Assembly (NCBI GenBank): GCA_964035545.1
Contig: OZ037771.1
Location: forward strand, 14,259,133 to 14,323,132
Source: Bugula neritina
Lineage: Eukaryota > Animalia > Bryozoa
Direction: 5' to 3'
DNA length: 64,000 nt
A program made the position numbers and the translations under genes. The notes below the pieces were generated by a model, which had not been told where the DNA came from, made no database searches, and worked only from the letters and a program-made list of their open reading frames with translations. Each line of letters opens with the position of its first letter. Position 1 is the first letter of the stretch. Below are positions 14,401 to 26,799 of the stretch, piece after piece.

Positions 14401-17400
14401 AATAAAAAAAATACACAAGTAGTGAATCAATATTTAATGTTTGATATATGTAGCCCAGCACTTGGATAGCAATGATAATGTTTTGAAGTTAGAATATTGC
14501 TAGATTAAAAGGTTTATTTGATTGACAATATGAAAATTAAAATTATTTTCAATAAAAAGCTATAGTTGTGAATGTTCTACAAATGTACAATGCTGTAAAG
14601 TAACTGTAACGTATAGTATAATACAACAGAAGAAATTAAAGTAACATTATATAATATTCCATTCTGCACAGCACAGTATATAAAAGTAAAAAATGAAAAA
14701 TATATAATTATGTTATAGTCAATGTATAAAATATAGTTATATGTTATGTTTTATAGTTAGTGTATACAATAAAGTTATAGTATATAATATTGTCATAATA
14801 TATATGATGTTGCTATAGTATGTATAATATAGCTAGAATATATGTTATAGTTATAATATATAATAAAATCATAGCATATGACACACACCTTCAATCTCAT
14901 ATCTCTCTCGGCATCCAACATATCTTCTAGCTCTCGAAGACGAGCCTAGAAAATAACAACAAAGACTCGTTTATTAAGAAATGGCATCCATTTTAATTGA
15001 TTTCATCATCCATTTATTTTACTATTTGTATTTATTTGAGTTAAGTTAGTGTGGGTTCTATCACATTTCAATAACTGTTAGAGGGTCTACTGTGGCCTTC
15101 CCAACTGTATATATAATTAGGCTATAATAAGACATAATGACCAAGGTGTGTTTCTACTTTGAGATAACTAAGTACTATAGCAAGGTAGGCATGCTGCATG
15201 TATGTAAAAAGGCGGCTTAGCGGAGTGTGGACTATTAGCAAATATAATAATAAAACAGGCCAGAGTAATTATTCCATATAAGGAAGTCAGCGGTAACATG
15301 ATACCCTTGTAATTACACTCCTGTATACGCCTTTGTATCCCATCAATTAGCCTGCTTATAGCTGCTCAAATAAAGTACACAGATTATATGAACTGACAGG
15401 TTCTCTGTATGCCCTAATAACATTAACAAATAATAATATATTAACTTTTAAAACCAGTTTTTTCATATTTATTTGCTATTTGATGCTTTTTATCTCATGT
15501 TTGTGGTATTTAAGTAAACTTTTAGTGAATCAAACATATGGCCACTTTACAAATAATAATTATTATAGGATAAAAAAGAGTATATAGTTATATATACTAT
15601 ATTATAATATGTCATACTATAGTATAACATATTATAATATAATATTATTATTATTGTATAATTGTAACATTATTATGATGTATTGCATTATATAATATAT
15701 TGCAATATTTAATTAAAATAATCATATTTCTATTAATTTATTTAAAGCTATCAACTGTCAACAATGTTCCAGATTATTCACTAATTTGACAGACAATAAA
15801 TGGACAACTAAATCCATCCAACTAACATTAAATGCATCCAACTATTTGGATGCAACAAGGAATTGTATAAGGCTCAGGGTAGGTTAGCAATTCATTCAAG
15901 CAAAAGTTGGTTAGTGTTGAAATATGAATAAAGCCAGTGTAATGGCCATTGCTTAGCCTATTACTAGATATAATGTTAGTTGTTAGTGTATTACAAATGA
16001 TAATCAGCATGCAGGAGTCTACTCAACAAGAACCTCTAAGTAGCTGACTCTGTAATCATGTGTATAACTTACTGAAGAGGTAAAGGTATTGCTCAATAGT
16101 CAGTACATTCTGTTAATATTAGCATTAAAGTTAGGCTCTGTTTTACAGGCGAGCCCATTACACAACTATTTGTTGATGTAATGCATTCCATTAACTCAAA
16201 AAGCAAGATGGCTGAGTTCTGGAAACTTGAGTATTTATGCAATTGTTTCATGTTTTCAAAAACACTTTGGTAAATTTCTTTTTGTGCCAAGACCAAAAGC
16301 GAAACATACAGATGGTAAAAAATACAAATTTACTTTCTTCAGAAATCTGAAATTTGCATAGAGTGAAACATGATCATTATTTTAGCTCTTTATTTTGTAA
16401 GGCTCAAAAAAGAAATTGATTCAGAGTTCCAGCTCTAAATTTCAGTAACATTAACAGTAAACTTCAACACTTTAATTCTAACTGGCAGGGGAATAAAGTT
16501 AGTTATTAAAAGCTAAAACAAACAGCATTTGGCAGCCACAAGCAGGTGCTTTAAGAATATGTGACATAATGACATGTGTCAACAAGTGCTCATCATATGA
16601 TTCAAGGTTAGTACATTATTCAGCAGGTCGATGCAAGTTCTCAAAAAGCTATGTGTCACCAGGTAACAATGACACTATAGCAACATAGTCATGGAAGGCA
16701 GGTTGGAAAAGAGCTCAAATGATGTCATAGCGCACATAGATAGAGAGAAATAACAAGTGACACCAATGAGTGAGTGGTTGACAGTTGCTGCAACAACTGA
16801 TGACAGGTACAAGCAGGTTGAAAGCACGCAGCACAGATAGAGAGCTGCTCGTGTACCTCCATCCTATTGCTGGTGGTGGGCGACATTCCTCGGTATACTT
16901 GGTAGTGTTTGTTAATTCTGGTGACAGTTTGAGTATCTCCACCAAAATCACTCATAGTCTGAGGTTAGAAATGTTTACAGCAAAAGTTTTTATATTTGAA
17001 TTGAAGCCAAAAGAGAAGTTAGTAATTGAAATTCTTGCTTTTGGTCAACAAAATTTTTATAGCAAAATACTTTTTAAATAATGAAATAAAATTGATATTT
17101 TAAAATCCAATGATTGTATATTAAAAGGCTTGTTTAAGAAACAATGTGAAAGTTTAGTCAGAAAAATAACATTAGCATGTGTGTTAGAAAGTCAAGCAAA
17201 TATTTAGTTATATGTCTATAAAGAAAATATTAAGCACACTTCTACAAAATTTATAGGATCTTTTTTATAGCACTTCTAAGGCACACAGTATCTAAATTTA
17301 TTCTATGCAATATCTCAAAATAACTTCGAAAAAGCAAGCATGAAAAATTATAAGCCATGAAATAATCACAATTAGGCTAAAAACTTACCTCCATTCTGTT

Positions 17401-17508
17401 GCTGGTGGTAGGGGACGTTCCACGGTACACCTGATATGTCTTGTTAACACGGGTGACGGTTGTGTTGCCATCATTTTCAGTAGATATGATTGACCTCTGG
17501 ATATCCAT
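5402..17508 (-). CDS. Prm: Paramyosin, main isoform, 17 coding exons, 868 aa
   Basis: Exons (minus): 17508-17389, 14945-14889, 14321-14235, 13119-12953, 12476-12338, 11932-11747, 11501-11305, 11000-10861, 10363-10233, 9924-9803, 9527-9330, 9027-8832, 8464-8336, 7866-7705, 7521-7312, 6891-6691, 5566-5402. All introns are GT-AG and phases are consistent. Head [31 protein letters not shown], continuous myosin-tail coiled coil ([40 protein letters not shown]), tail [19 protein letters not shown]. No motor domain; length typical of paramyosin. Confidence 0.95.
7078..7200 (+). mobile_element. Degenerate tRNA-derived SINE fragment
   Basis: A-box-like GTGGGGTTAAAGCG and B-box GGTTCGGACCCC at tRNA spacing, followed by a GGTGGTGTTTGGAAGAACATTCAGTCATAA body. 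Intronic. Confidence 0.5.
8140..8305. repeat. About 12-bp tandem repeat (ACTGACACCATA/ACTGACACCTTG)
   Basis: Direct inspection; paramyosin intron, close to the exon 13 donor. Confidence 0.8.
11137..11223 (-). repeat. tRNA-like element (pseudo-tRNA or SINE head) with conserved 5' leader
   Basis: Minus strand reads TAGTGTTGAGTTTACCCAGT-GGCCCTGTGGTGTAATGGTAGC...CTCGGGTTCAAATCCCAGTAGGGTC: A box, B box and acceptor stem present, anticodon arm shortened. Related copies at about 25304-25370 and 25505-25568. Confidence 0.6.
12496..12815. repeat. 34-bp minisatellite, about 9 copies
   Basis: Unit TGACTAATATCTGACACTTATTGTAGCTCAACAC; next to the paramyosin exon 5 acceptor. Confidence 0.9.
15274..15283. 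promoter_or_regulatory. Intronic CArG box in paramyosin intron 1
   Basis: CCATATAAGG, a perfect CC(A/T)6GG match. Confidence 0.4.
16857..16958 (-). CDS. Prm: Paramyosin alternative head exon 1b
   Basis: ATG at 16955 gives [33 protein letters not shown], a near copy of exon 1a. Phase-0 donor GAG|GTAC; AG at 16960-16959, 3 nt before the ATG. Confidence 0.75.
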
Positions 17509-17724
17509 GCTGAGTTAGAGAGAGCTGACTGTGTGAGTCTACCAAACCTTTAGAGCCAAGTGAGAGAGAGCAGTAGATGAGAAGGTAGTGTCGAAAGGGC
17601 TAACTGCAGCGCACTGTAACAGTTTTTCTCTGTCCACTCATATTGTAGCTTAGAAGCTATAAAATACCTCCTGACATCATAGTATTTACGGCAGTAGAAA
17701 GATTTCGATTGGTTGAAACGCCAG

Positions 17725-17734
17725 CCTTATAAGG
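17725..17734. promoter_or_regulatory. CArG box (SRF site) upstream of paramyosin
   Basis: Perfect CC(A/T)6GG palindrome CCTTATAAGG about 220 bp upstream of the exon 1a ATG, with a CCAAT (minus strand) near 17708-17712. Confidence 0.55.
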
Positions 17735-19857
17735 AACAGCTCATGGCAATAGCAGGAATGCAATTTATAGCAATGCTAGGGCCATGATATCACGGATAAT
17801 AAGGTTAACTAATTTGTTAAATATTTCATGAATACCTAGTAGAAGATTCTAATTGGTTACACAACCAGTGTAATGTTCATAGTAACCACATTATTTATAG
17901 AAGGTCTGAGTAAATAGATGTAATATTTTCGAAATATCATTGCTGCAATTATTGCATATAGCATCTGGAAAAATCTTGATGCATAAAATATTAGGAAATA
18001 AGCAGTAAAGCTAGCAAAAAGCTAACAAGAAAATAAGAAAATTATTTTTTTCTGTACTAAAGTAGGCTTATGATACATACAGTGTTGGTCATATTAAAGT
18101 ACCCAGAATAATTTCATGGATAGAAAACAATTATTTTCAAGATGCTTTGATGTTGAAGCCAGCTTTCTCACGCATAAGTAAACCATTGCAACCTGCTGTT
18201 GAAGGATGCTTTTTACTATCGGCAGCAACTTAATACATAAAAAGGCAGCATATGAAAGAGTTAGTCAGCAAGCTTCAGCTTCCTGTAATTAGGCAGCACT
18301 GAGGTGATGCTGTCTGGGCAGGTATTTATTACTTATTAATTAGAGTAATGAGTAGCAAAACACAAGAAACTTGGAAAGTAGATCAGCTGTAACAGCATTC
18401 TTACAGTGTGCCTGCAGTAATAAGCACATGAATACTTCTTACAGACACAATAACATTATTACAGTTAATTCATATAGTTGGGATGGAATAGCTGTAGGAA
18501 AAAAGTAATACAGCAGCAAATTTGTTTATGGACTAGAAAAAACAGACACCGTTTTAGGTTTATTGTGTCAAAATCCAAACTTAAATGAACAATTAAAGGC
18601 TTAGACTTTGAAAAAAAATGTCATATCAAATAATTGCAAAAATATATTAATAATATAAAATCACAAAATATTTGTTTTGCTATATAATGATTGTGGCATT
18701 CTAGATTACACGTTTATATGTATTATGAGAATAGGTACATTGCAAATATAAAACATGATACAAAGTTTTCTAACTTTTGATATTTTATGGCAGTTGTTGT
18801 AAAATAAGCCCAACTTACTAGGTTCAGGCCGGACTCTCAAATCCTCAGTTGTTTACATTTAGCTCACAGCTATCACAAAGCTATGTATGTACTACAAGCT
18901 ATGGTGTCATAACTCCATTCAACAGTCTTTCCGAGATTGACTAACAACTCTTTAATTCAAACATGCATGCAATTTCTTCACACTTGAAATAAAATAATAG
19001 ACTTTTCGCTAATGAATATACAATGCAATAATATAAATATTATTGCAGTGAAAATAGGAAACGAAGTACAAGCAGTTGCCCTCTCTTTGCTACTAATGAT
19101 CCCAGCTATTTAAGGTTTCTTAAAAAGTCACTAATCATTTCCTTCAAATTTAAAAAAGATAAATTGAAGCAAAGCTTTCAACATAATGACAAAGATTATT
19201 TAACTATTGTTCTATGAAAACTTCACACCTATTAAAATGTGAGAGTTTTATATTATGTATAACTACCAGCAACTATACTTTTTGTAGAGAAAGTGGAGCA
19301 CATCTTGTTTAGTACTGTAGCTATACTAAACAAATTAAAGATATTTTAAAATAAATTTATTAGTTGTAGCATTGAGGTTATATAATTTCAATACACTGGG
19401 AGAATCACAACTAATTTCAGAAAAAATACAATAAATTTATTTATTTAATAGTATTGAAAAGATCTAATTTATAAATGAATACATTTAAAATAGTAAAAAG
19501 GTAGAGGTAAATATTTCAGAAAAGTAGCTATACAAGAGAAGTTGAAATTGTTTGTAGAAATACTGCTTAAAATATTTAAGCTAATGCTGAGATCAGTCAA
19601 GTATTCTATAAACTTGATTTATATTTACACATGATTATATATTTAGCTATAATAAGTTATAAATATGTACACATAATCATATTATGTAGATATATTAAAT
19701 AAAATATATGTAAACATTGTTTATTGGTAAAAGAGGTTTTCCCAACTTAGCCCATAGTTTTTTCTGCTATCTTCCAAGTACAGGGGCTCACTCATACCAC
19801 CCCAACTTTTGCTATGTAGGAAATGACTAAAAATTGAACTTATAAAATGGTGCTTTT

Positions 19858-22029
19858 TTATTGGGCAATATTCTGTATCAAGAGGTCGTTGGATTTATTT
19901 AGCCTACTGATGTCTTCTTTAATATCTCTCCTCTGCCTCAGTAGTTCTGTTCTATCCTGTAAAATGTGTTAAAGATACCAATGACTACCAAGTATCTCAA
20001 TATTAAGCTGGCAACCATGCAAAAAGTGACAGGTGCTTGCATGTGCTTGCAGGTGATTGCGTGCTAAAAGCACCCATCAATACTTTTCAGGATAATAAAA
20101 TCATATTAAATGCATGCTGTTTATTCACAGTTAATTGTTACATTTAAATACAAAAGCTAACAAATTAATACTAACCCTCATAGCATCCTGATATTCCTTT
20201 ATAAGTTTGATTGGACCTAAATTTGATTGGTTGTCCCTAAAAATAAAGATATACAACTATACATGTGACTAACACAGTAACATGTTCTAAGTAAGTGTAT
20301 GATGATGTAACAACTATTTTGATTGGATAGGGCTGGGATACTACTAAATAGTAACACATGTCAGGCCATCTATCTTACTAATAACTTTATTTCATATTAT
20401 ATTTTATGTTGTTACAGTCTAAATAAATCTTGCAGCTTGTGCATTAGTGGTATAAAACTAGCTGGTTGTGCTAGTTATATTGAACAGGGTTCTCCCTAGA
20501 TGATAGAGAGGGGAGTTCACATATTTTTATACTTCAAATATATCAGGCAGAAAGTAAATTCAATATACAATTAAGAAATTAACTCTCTCATATATAATAA
20601 CCCTATAATAGCATTTGTTAGCATTGCAGTAAATAAGTCACACTGTTACTACTCTCCAACCCCCCCCCCAACTACTCACTCCCCCCCCCCCTTAGCAAAA
20701 CATTGGCTCTTCTTCACGCAATAAGTTCAGCTACTGAGTTCATTTTAGTCTTACGGGATTTTCCAAAACTTAGCTAAATTAAAGTCACAGGTGGCTAGTG
20801 CTTGCTAATTGTTGTTGAGCCTGGTTAGTTTTCCATCTACAGAATTGTCTTCCCAGGAAAACTTGGGAGAAAGTTGTTAAAACAGAAGATACAACATTTA
20901 CATTACATTATAGTTTATAACATACCTTTGACCACAGATAGGCTGCTTGTTTCCATCTGGTATGTTCTCACCATTCTCCTTCTTATGTTCTACAACACAA
21001 ATACTATATATTATGTAAATCCATTATATACAAAATGTGAGAAGTGCAATATGTAATAACTGAAAGTAATTTACTTTTCATATGAAGTTTGTCCTCACTG
21101 GTACATTTCAACGACTTAGCAATGTTGGTGTTAGGTTGGAGGTAGCAAAGAGACTTCCTGTTGGTGAAATCTACAATTTCATGGAACCTAAAAGAACAGA
21201 GAAAACAGTGTATCTCATACGTCTGTATTCGTGTTCTGTTTATGTCACTAAGCGTCAAGGTACGCAAATCTTTATCTATCTTATCAATGCCCTTTAATTT
21301 TCATCTGTCATAAACTAAATAAATATTAACTAGAAAAGACAACAGTGTATAAAATTTAAGCACTGTATTAGATTATGTTTTACCAACATATCATATCCAA
21401 CAGAGTATAATAATATAGTGAGTGCTCCCTCTATATCCCACAGTTCAATTTCTCACAAAATTTGGTAGGTCACAAGAACGGCTTGGACCCCATTTTGTGG
21501 TAGAGGAACAAAATGCCAGAATTTAACGGATCCATGAGTTAAATCTGGTACTCTACTATGTATATAACGCATTAAAGTTTGAGACTCTTAGCTCAGTGAG
21601 ATACGGAGAGAGCACTGCAGTTAGCTGTCAATTTCATAGTATTTAACCAAGTCTATTTTTCTTACTTAGGACGAGAGATTCTTCGTCTTCTAGGACGTCT
21701 GCTAGCGAGCTGACTGTGAATATTAGCAGGAACCAAACCTAAACCCAACATGAAGTCCATCATCTCCTGAGTCTCCTCATCAGGGGGTTGCTGCCGAGCT
21801 GTCACTTGTCTCACGGCAGCAGCATGTGACTACAACACATCAGTTAGTTCTGAATACTACGAGTACATATTGATAATACTAACATTATATACTCATAATA
21901 CTGGCAAAATTAAAGCACCAGTCATAATTTTATTCATAAAGCAAAAATACGTAATATAAAATGGTGAGAAAGAGTGCTTTAGAAATATAGGATAGAATAG
22001 TAACTCACTGAAGATATAGTAGAATACAT
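19858..22029 (-). CDS. PHF21A-like paralog C, PHD-less, predicted 173 aa
   Basis: Exons 22029-22009, 21829-21666, 21187-21075, 20989-20926, 20236-20176, 19956-19858; GT-AG, phases consistent, no stops. The exons match those of the full-length gene in order (FMLGLGLV motif, FHEIVDFTNRK, DNQSNLG, DRTELLRQRRDIKEDISRLN coil). Confidence 0.6.
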
Positions 22030-25000
22030 GTTTGTGTCTGATGATCAAAGCAACTGAGAGGTTTACTGGATGAAGGTTTAGTTACACAGGCAACTGTTTA
22101 TCTCCTGTTTTCTGAATTTGTGACACCTAAAAAAATTAATGCTATGTTGAAGCACTGGAAACTCTCCCACTTATGTACTAACAAAATTTCCCGCCACTTC
22201 CGGTGTCCGAGACTGGGAGTTCTATTGGCCGAAGTCGGAAGGATCTGTCCGAAATCGAACAGGCCCTTCTAAAGTCGCGACTCCGGGCTCCGAACTCAGT
22301 CGAATTTCAGTTCACATAACTCATCAAAGATTATTCACAAAAAAACGTGGTGGGGGAACATAACTCAACAAAAACTATTACGTATTTTAAACACAAAAAT
22401 AAAAAAGGCAATTTACAATCACTATGCTATTTAATTACTACGCTAAGAGCTTAGCTATAATTACAACATTTAACAGCATTTAGAAAGTTACGCCAAGTCA
22501 ATTATAATATAATTACTAGAGCGTTAAAATCCATTACAATAGCTTTTAGTAGCAATTTATTGGGAGTCAAGATTTTAATGAATGTGCCCTAGCTCTTTTA
22601 AAAATATACAATAACACCATTGATTTACTATATATTATCTTGCGATATGGTAGGCCTATCTTGTAAAATCTTCAAATCAACTTTTCAAAATTGAAAATTA
22701 AAAATACTCATTTTGAAACTGATAATTTTTCAAATATGCTCAAATCGATTGTTTAAAGTTTAAACAAATACATTTGGTTCATGTTACGGCTTTGATTGAG
22801 TAAAGTTATTACCGACAAAAAAATTTTTTAGATACAAATTTGAGTTTACTTTTAGTTTTAGAAGTTATTTTAGTAACTTGCAATTTGCAAATCGATGAAG
22901 CTTTAAATAATATATTGTCTTGGTTTTTGGCAAAGTAGGCACAACGTGATAAAAAAGCAATATATCTCTGAAGTAAATGCTAAATTTTGCTTCAGTCACA
23001 GTTTATAGTAATTAAACATAATTAAAATCATTATGCTTTCAGTTGAATCGTGAATAGGAAATGGATGAAACTTAGTTTTTGACTCGTCAATTAAAAGCAA
23101 TAACTAACTCTAAACCTCATGTAATGGTAGGTCATGAGTATGTTTAAAACTTGTTACCCACATTTTTACTTAGCTATACTATCTTCTCACAAATCTAAAA
23201 ACGTTTTTCAAAACTTGCTAGTTAAGGACTAATTAAAGAACTTTGCTGGCTTCATGTAAATGTTTAAAATTGAAATTTTTAGTCATTCAAAATCGTAAAA
23301 ACTAGTTATACTAAAAACTAGGCAGATTGATTATAATAATCACTGCTGTTTAATATTTCTAAAGCTATTAGCAGAACCACTAACTGATTTTAACAGCTCA
23401 ATAAATGTGATTAGCAATAACTAAAAGCTATAGGGTTTTAGTTATATTTAAATTCATGAAGCTAGTGAGACTCAAAAAGAGACTGCGATGACTGATTTTA
23501 GATGTATATAAATTATAATGTTTTCATAGCAATTGGTAGTGCTGTTTGGTGTCATTGAACAAGCTTCAACTCTATTACCATAAAAGCTGTCATTATTTCA
23601 CTCCATTATTGAGTATCCAATGAATTTGATTGAACTAAACAGACTATATTCTTTAGTTCGAATAATAGAGCTACAGGTTAATTCAAATTTATCAGTTGAC
23701 TCAACCGAGTAGCTAAAATTGATTTCAGCCATATTTGATAGTTTTTCTTCTCAGTTTGATCAACCATTGACATTACTTAGTCATAATTAGTTTAACTCTA
23801 AAAATCCCAAATTCTGTTCGACATATATTTGCATTTCTTATAATTTTTGAGTTTCGAATTATTACTCATTGATTGGAATTCATTTTACTTGCAATAAAAA
23901 ACTAAATATAATAACTTGAATCCATGAGACGAGATTGTATAACAGTTCCATTGCTTTCTTCAACAAAGATTTTGTCACAGTAATGATAGAGCCATTAAAT
24001 TCCGGAATAATTTTTGAAATAACATTACATCAAACAACTAAATTCAAGAAAATTTAAATAAATCTTGTTCAGACAATAGTATCTTGCTAACATTAAAAGA
24101 AAATCAGAACTTTTGATCCATTAGGCATGCAGCCACTATTAATTTATTCTAATTTGAAATTGCATAAACTATAATTTAGTTGACTAAAGCAAAGCTTTAA
24201 TGACAATCAAGCAATTTTAATGAGGCTAATTTTATTTGTATTAGGCCTACTGATATTTTTGGACATTTCTAGCTTGTGTGAAGATAAAATTTAGACTTAT
24301 TGTCAGTCAGTAGTACCAAATTTGTTGATTGGGTAAATGCTTTTATTTCATTCAGCTCAGAATTGTTTACTCAATTTACTCAAATTTAAGCTCTGGATAT
24401 GAGGTTAGCTCACAGATTTCCTTAAAGTTAAATTATTCTTTAATTTGTTTAATCATATTATTATTAGTTAACATAAAGTTACTAATTCAAGATGAGTGAG
24501 TCTAGAAATGTGTAAAAGTTCTACTCTACCTTAGATATATGTTAGCTGTTGAGAAGATTTTGTATCAGATCAGAGTGCCAGCCACGTCTGTATAGTTCAA
24601 TTGTTTGGTATGGTTACTGGACAAGATGGCGTCAACAGAGTATTTATACTAAGAACTGTTTATAGAAAATTTGACCAATCAAAATTATTCATCAATTTCA
24701 ATTCACCATAGAAAACAATCGTAGTAGTTAGCTGAGTGACGTAATTAGACACACTTGAATGATCATGGTTTTGCTGTGTTTGGTTGATAAACTATCTATT
24801 TAAACACTTTTAAATTAATTATTTATTGGAATTGAAATCATCATTAACTGTGGAGAGTTTCAAATCTCAAATAAATAAAGTAAAATCATTGAACATTCTA
24901 AATTACTAATATAGTAATACGATTGAAAATATTAGTAACTGGACCAATTTATATGGATGATATTATATATAGTATAGAAACAACAAAAATTTCTGATTAA

Positions 25001-26799
25001 TATTTATTCGTTGTGTCTCCCTAGTGATATTATCAATCTCCTAATTGAAAGCATTTCTTGTTCACTGAAGCTTTTACAACTTCAAATTATTATAACTGAA
25101 AATTTTCAGGTAAATGAAAAAATTCTTTCTATGTTGGAAGTTTTAAATTTTTTACGCATTTACTTAAGTTATTTTGTTATTTAGTCAGTTTATGCTAAAG
25201 ATAATATTCATATCTGTTAGTGACTCTACATTGTCTGGCTTTCCCTGAAATATTTCTTTTGTTTCTGTAAAAGATTTGCCTCCACGGGGGGGGGGGGGGG
25301 GGGTTGAATCACAGAACACCGGCTTGCAAGCACTACACCATACGGGAGCACTGGGTAAACTCAACACTACATCCTACCCAGTTCTCTGAACTCCATTAGC
25401 TTATCTACTACTCCTTTAGTCATCAGGCTCCCCTGATCTCTTAACTCCTTTAGAGTACCTAAGTACTACACTTCAATAAAGGCCAAATTGACTTGTAAAA
25501 ATTTTGCCCTCACAGAGATTTGAACCGCATACCTCCGGCAGGAGCTGCTGGGTAGACCCAGCACTACAGCTTAGTTTCATAAACAAAGTTTAATAAAAAG
25601 GTGGAACAACTATAAGGTGTCACCCAACATTAGGTAATGAATGACCCATTTATTTACCAATAGCAAAGTTAGTAGCGGCACAGGTTCAAGATATTCTGCA
25701 GCTAATTGATCAATTCACATCTCTCATTAGGGGGGGGGGGCTGCATTTTACACCAGCCCTGACTGCACTGGGGTCATGTGAAATTTTCTAACATCTATTT
25801 GTTGACTTGATATAGCTGAAAAAAGTAAGGCACATGGAGATTAGACAATTAGAAGGTGAAAAACTAACTATAGAAATATTACATAATCTATGCTTCAAAA
25901 GGTTGAGGTACACAATACACGAATAGCCACTCTAAAAACCAAGAGCATCTTCAACTTTTCTCTATACTCTATATATAGATACTTAATAATTATAGAGTTA
26001 CTTCACTTTATTGTTCTCAGCTATAAAATTATGATGTAGCAAGGCTATTATTAGATATGAAAACAGGAGGTTGCTGAGTTATCAGTAAGGTATAACAAAC
26101 AGTAAAGTATAAGTGGCCTTCTTTATAAAAAATTAGATACCACCAAGTAGTTCTTATATATAAAAATATTCTCTCTGTAAAGTAGTCTAATTATTTTACA
26201 TATTTTTTGTTTTTCTCTTTCATGATGGCCAATATTTCTTTCACTTAACCTCTATTTTGTAGTTTCAAAAACCAACATAAAAATCTTGTTATAGGATGCA
26301 CAAATCAGTAAAAAAAAGTTTGCCTTTTATTACAACAAGCTAAAAGCAGCTATAGAAAGCAGTATAGCTTGCTTAGCTTTTATGTAATAGCTTTCATTAA
26401 AAGCTTGTATCTAATATACAACACATTATACAAACAGCAAAGAGCTTTATTGCTATATAGCTGAAAGCAGTAAAATATTCTACACTAGTTCTGTATAAAA
26501 CTGTGCGAAACAGATAAGATCCCAGCAGTTACTTACAACATTTCAAGAGGTACACAAGACTATCTTGTCATCACTCAGTTATGGAACTCAAAGGGTGAGT
26601 GGTTTAGTACTTTATCATATCATTGTTAAATGTTTCACTAAGATTTACTAATTAATATATTAATTAAACTTTATTTCTTTTAATTCAAATAAAAATATAT
26701 ACTTCTTCTGCAGTTTAAATAATGTGTATTATTAAAGTATATGTTGAAAGTGTAACTTATGTAATGAGTATGATGTAGTCATTGAACCCTGAATTATTC

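Noticed and set aside
5402-17508. Myosin heavy chain
   Set aside because: No motor-domain exons; short paramyosin head motif and 868-aa length.
25286-25740. G18 and G12 homopolymers as G-quadruplex elements
   Set aside because: Simple mononucleotide runs with no supporting context.
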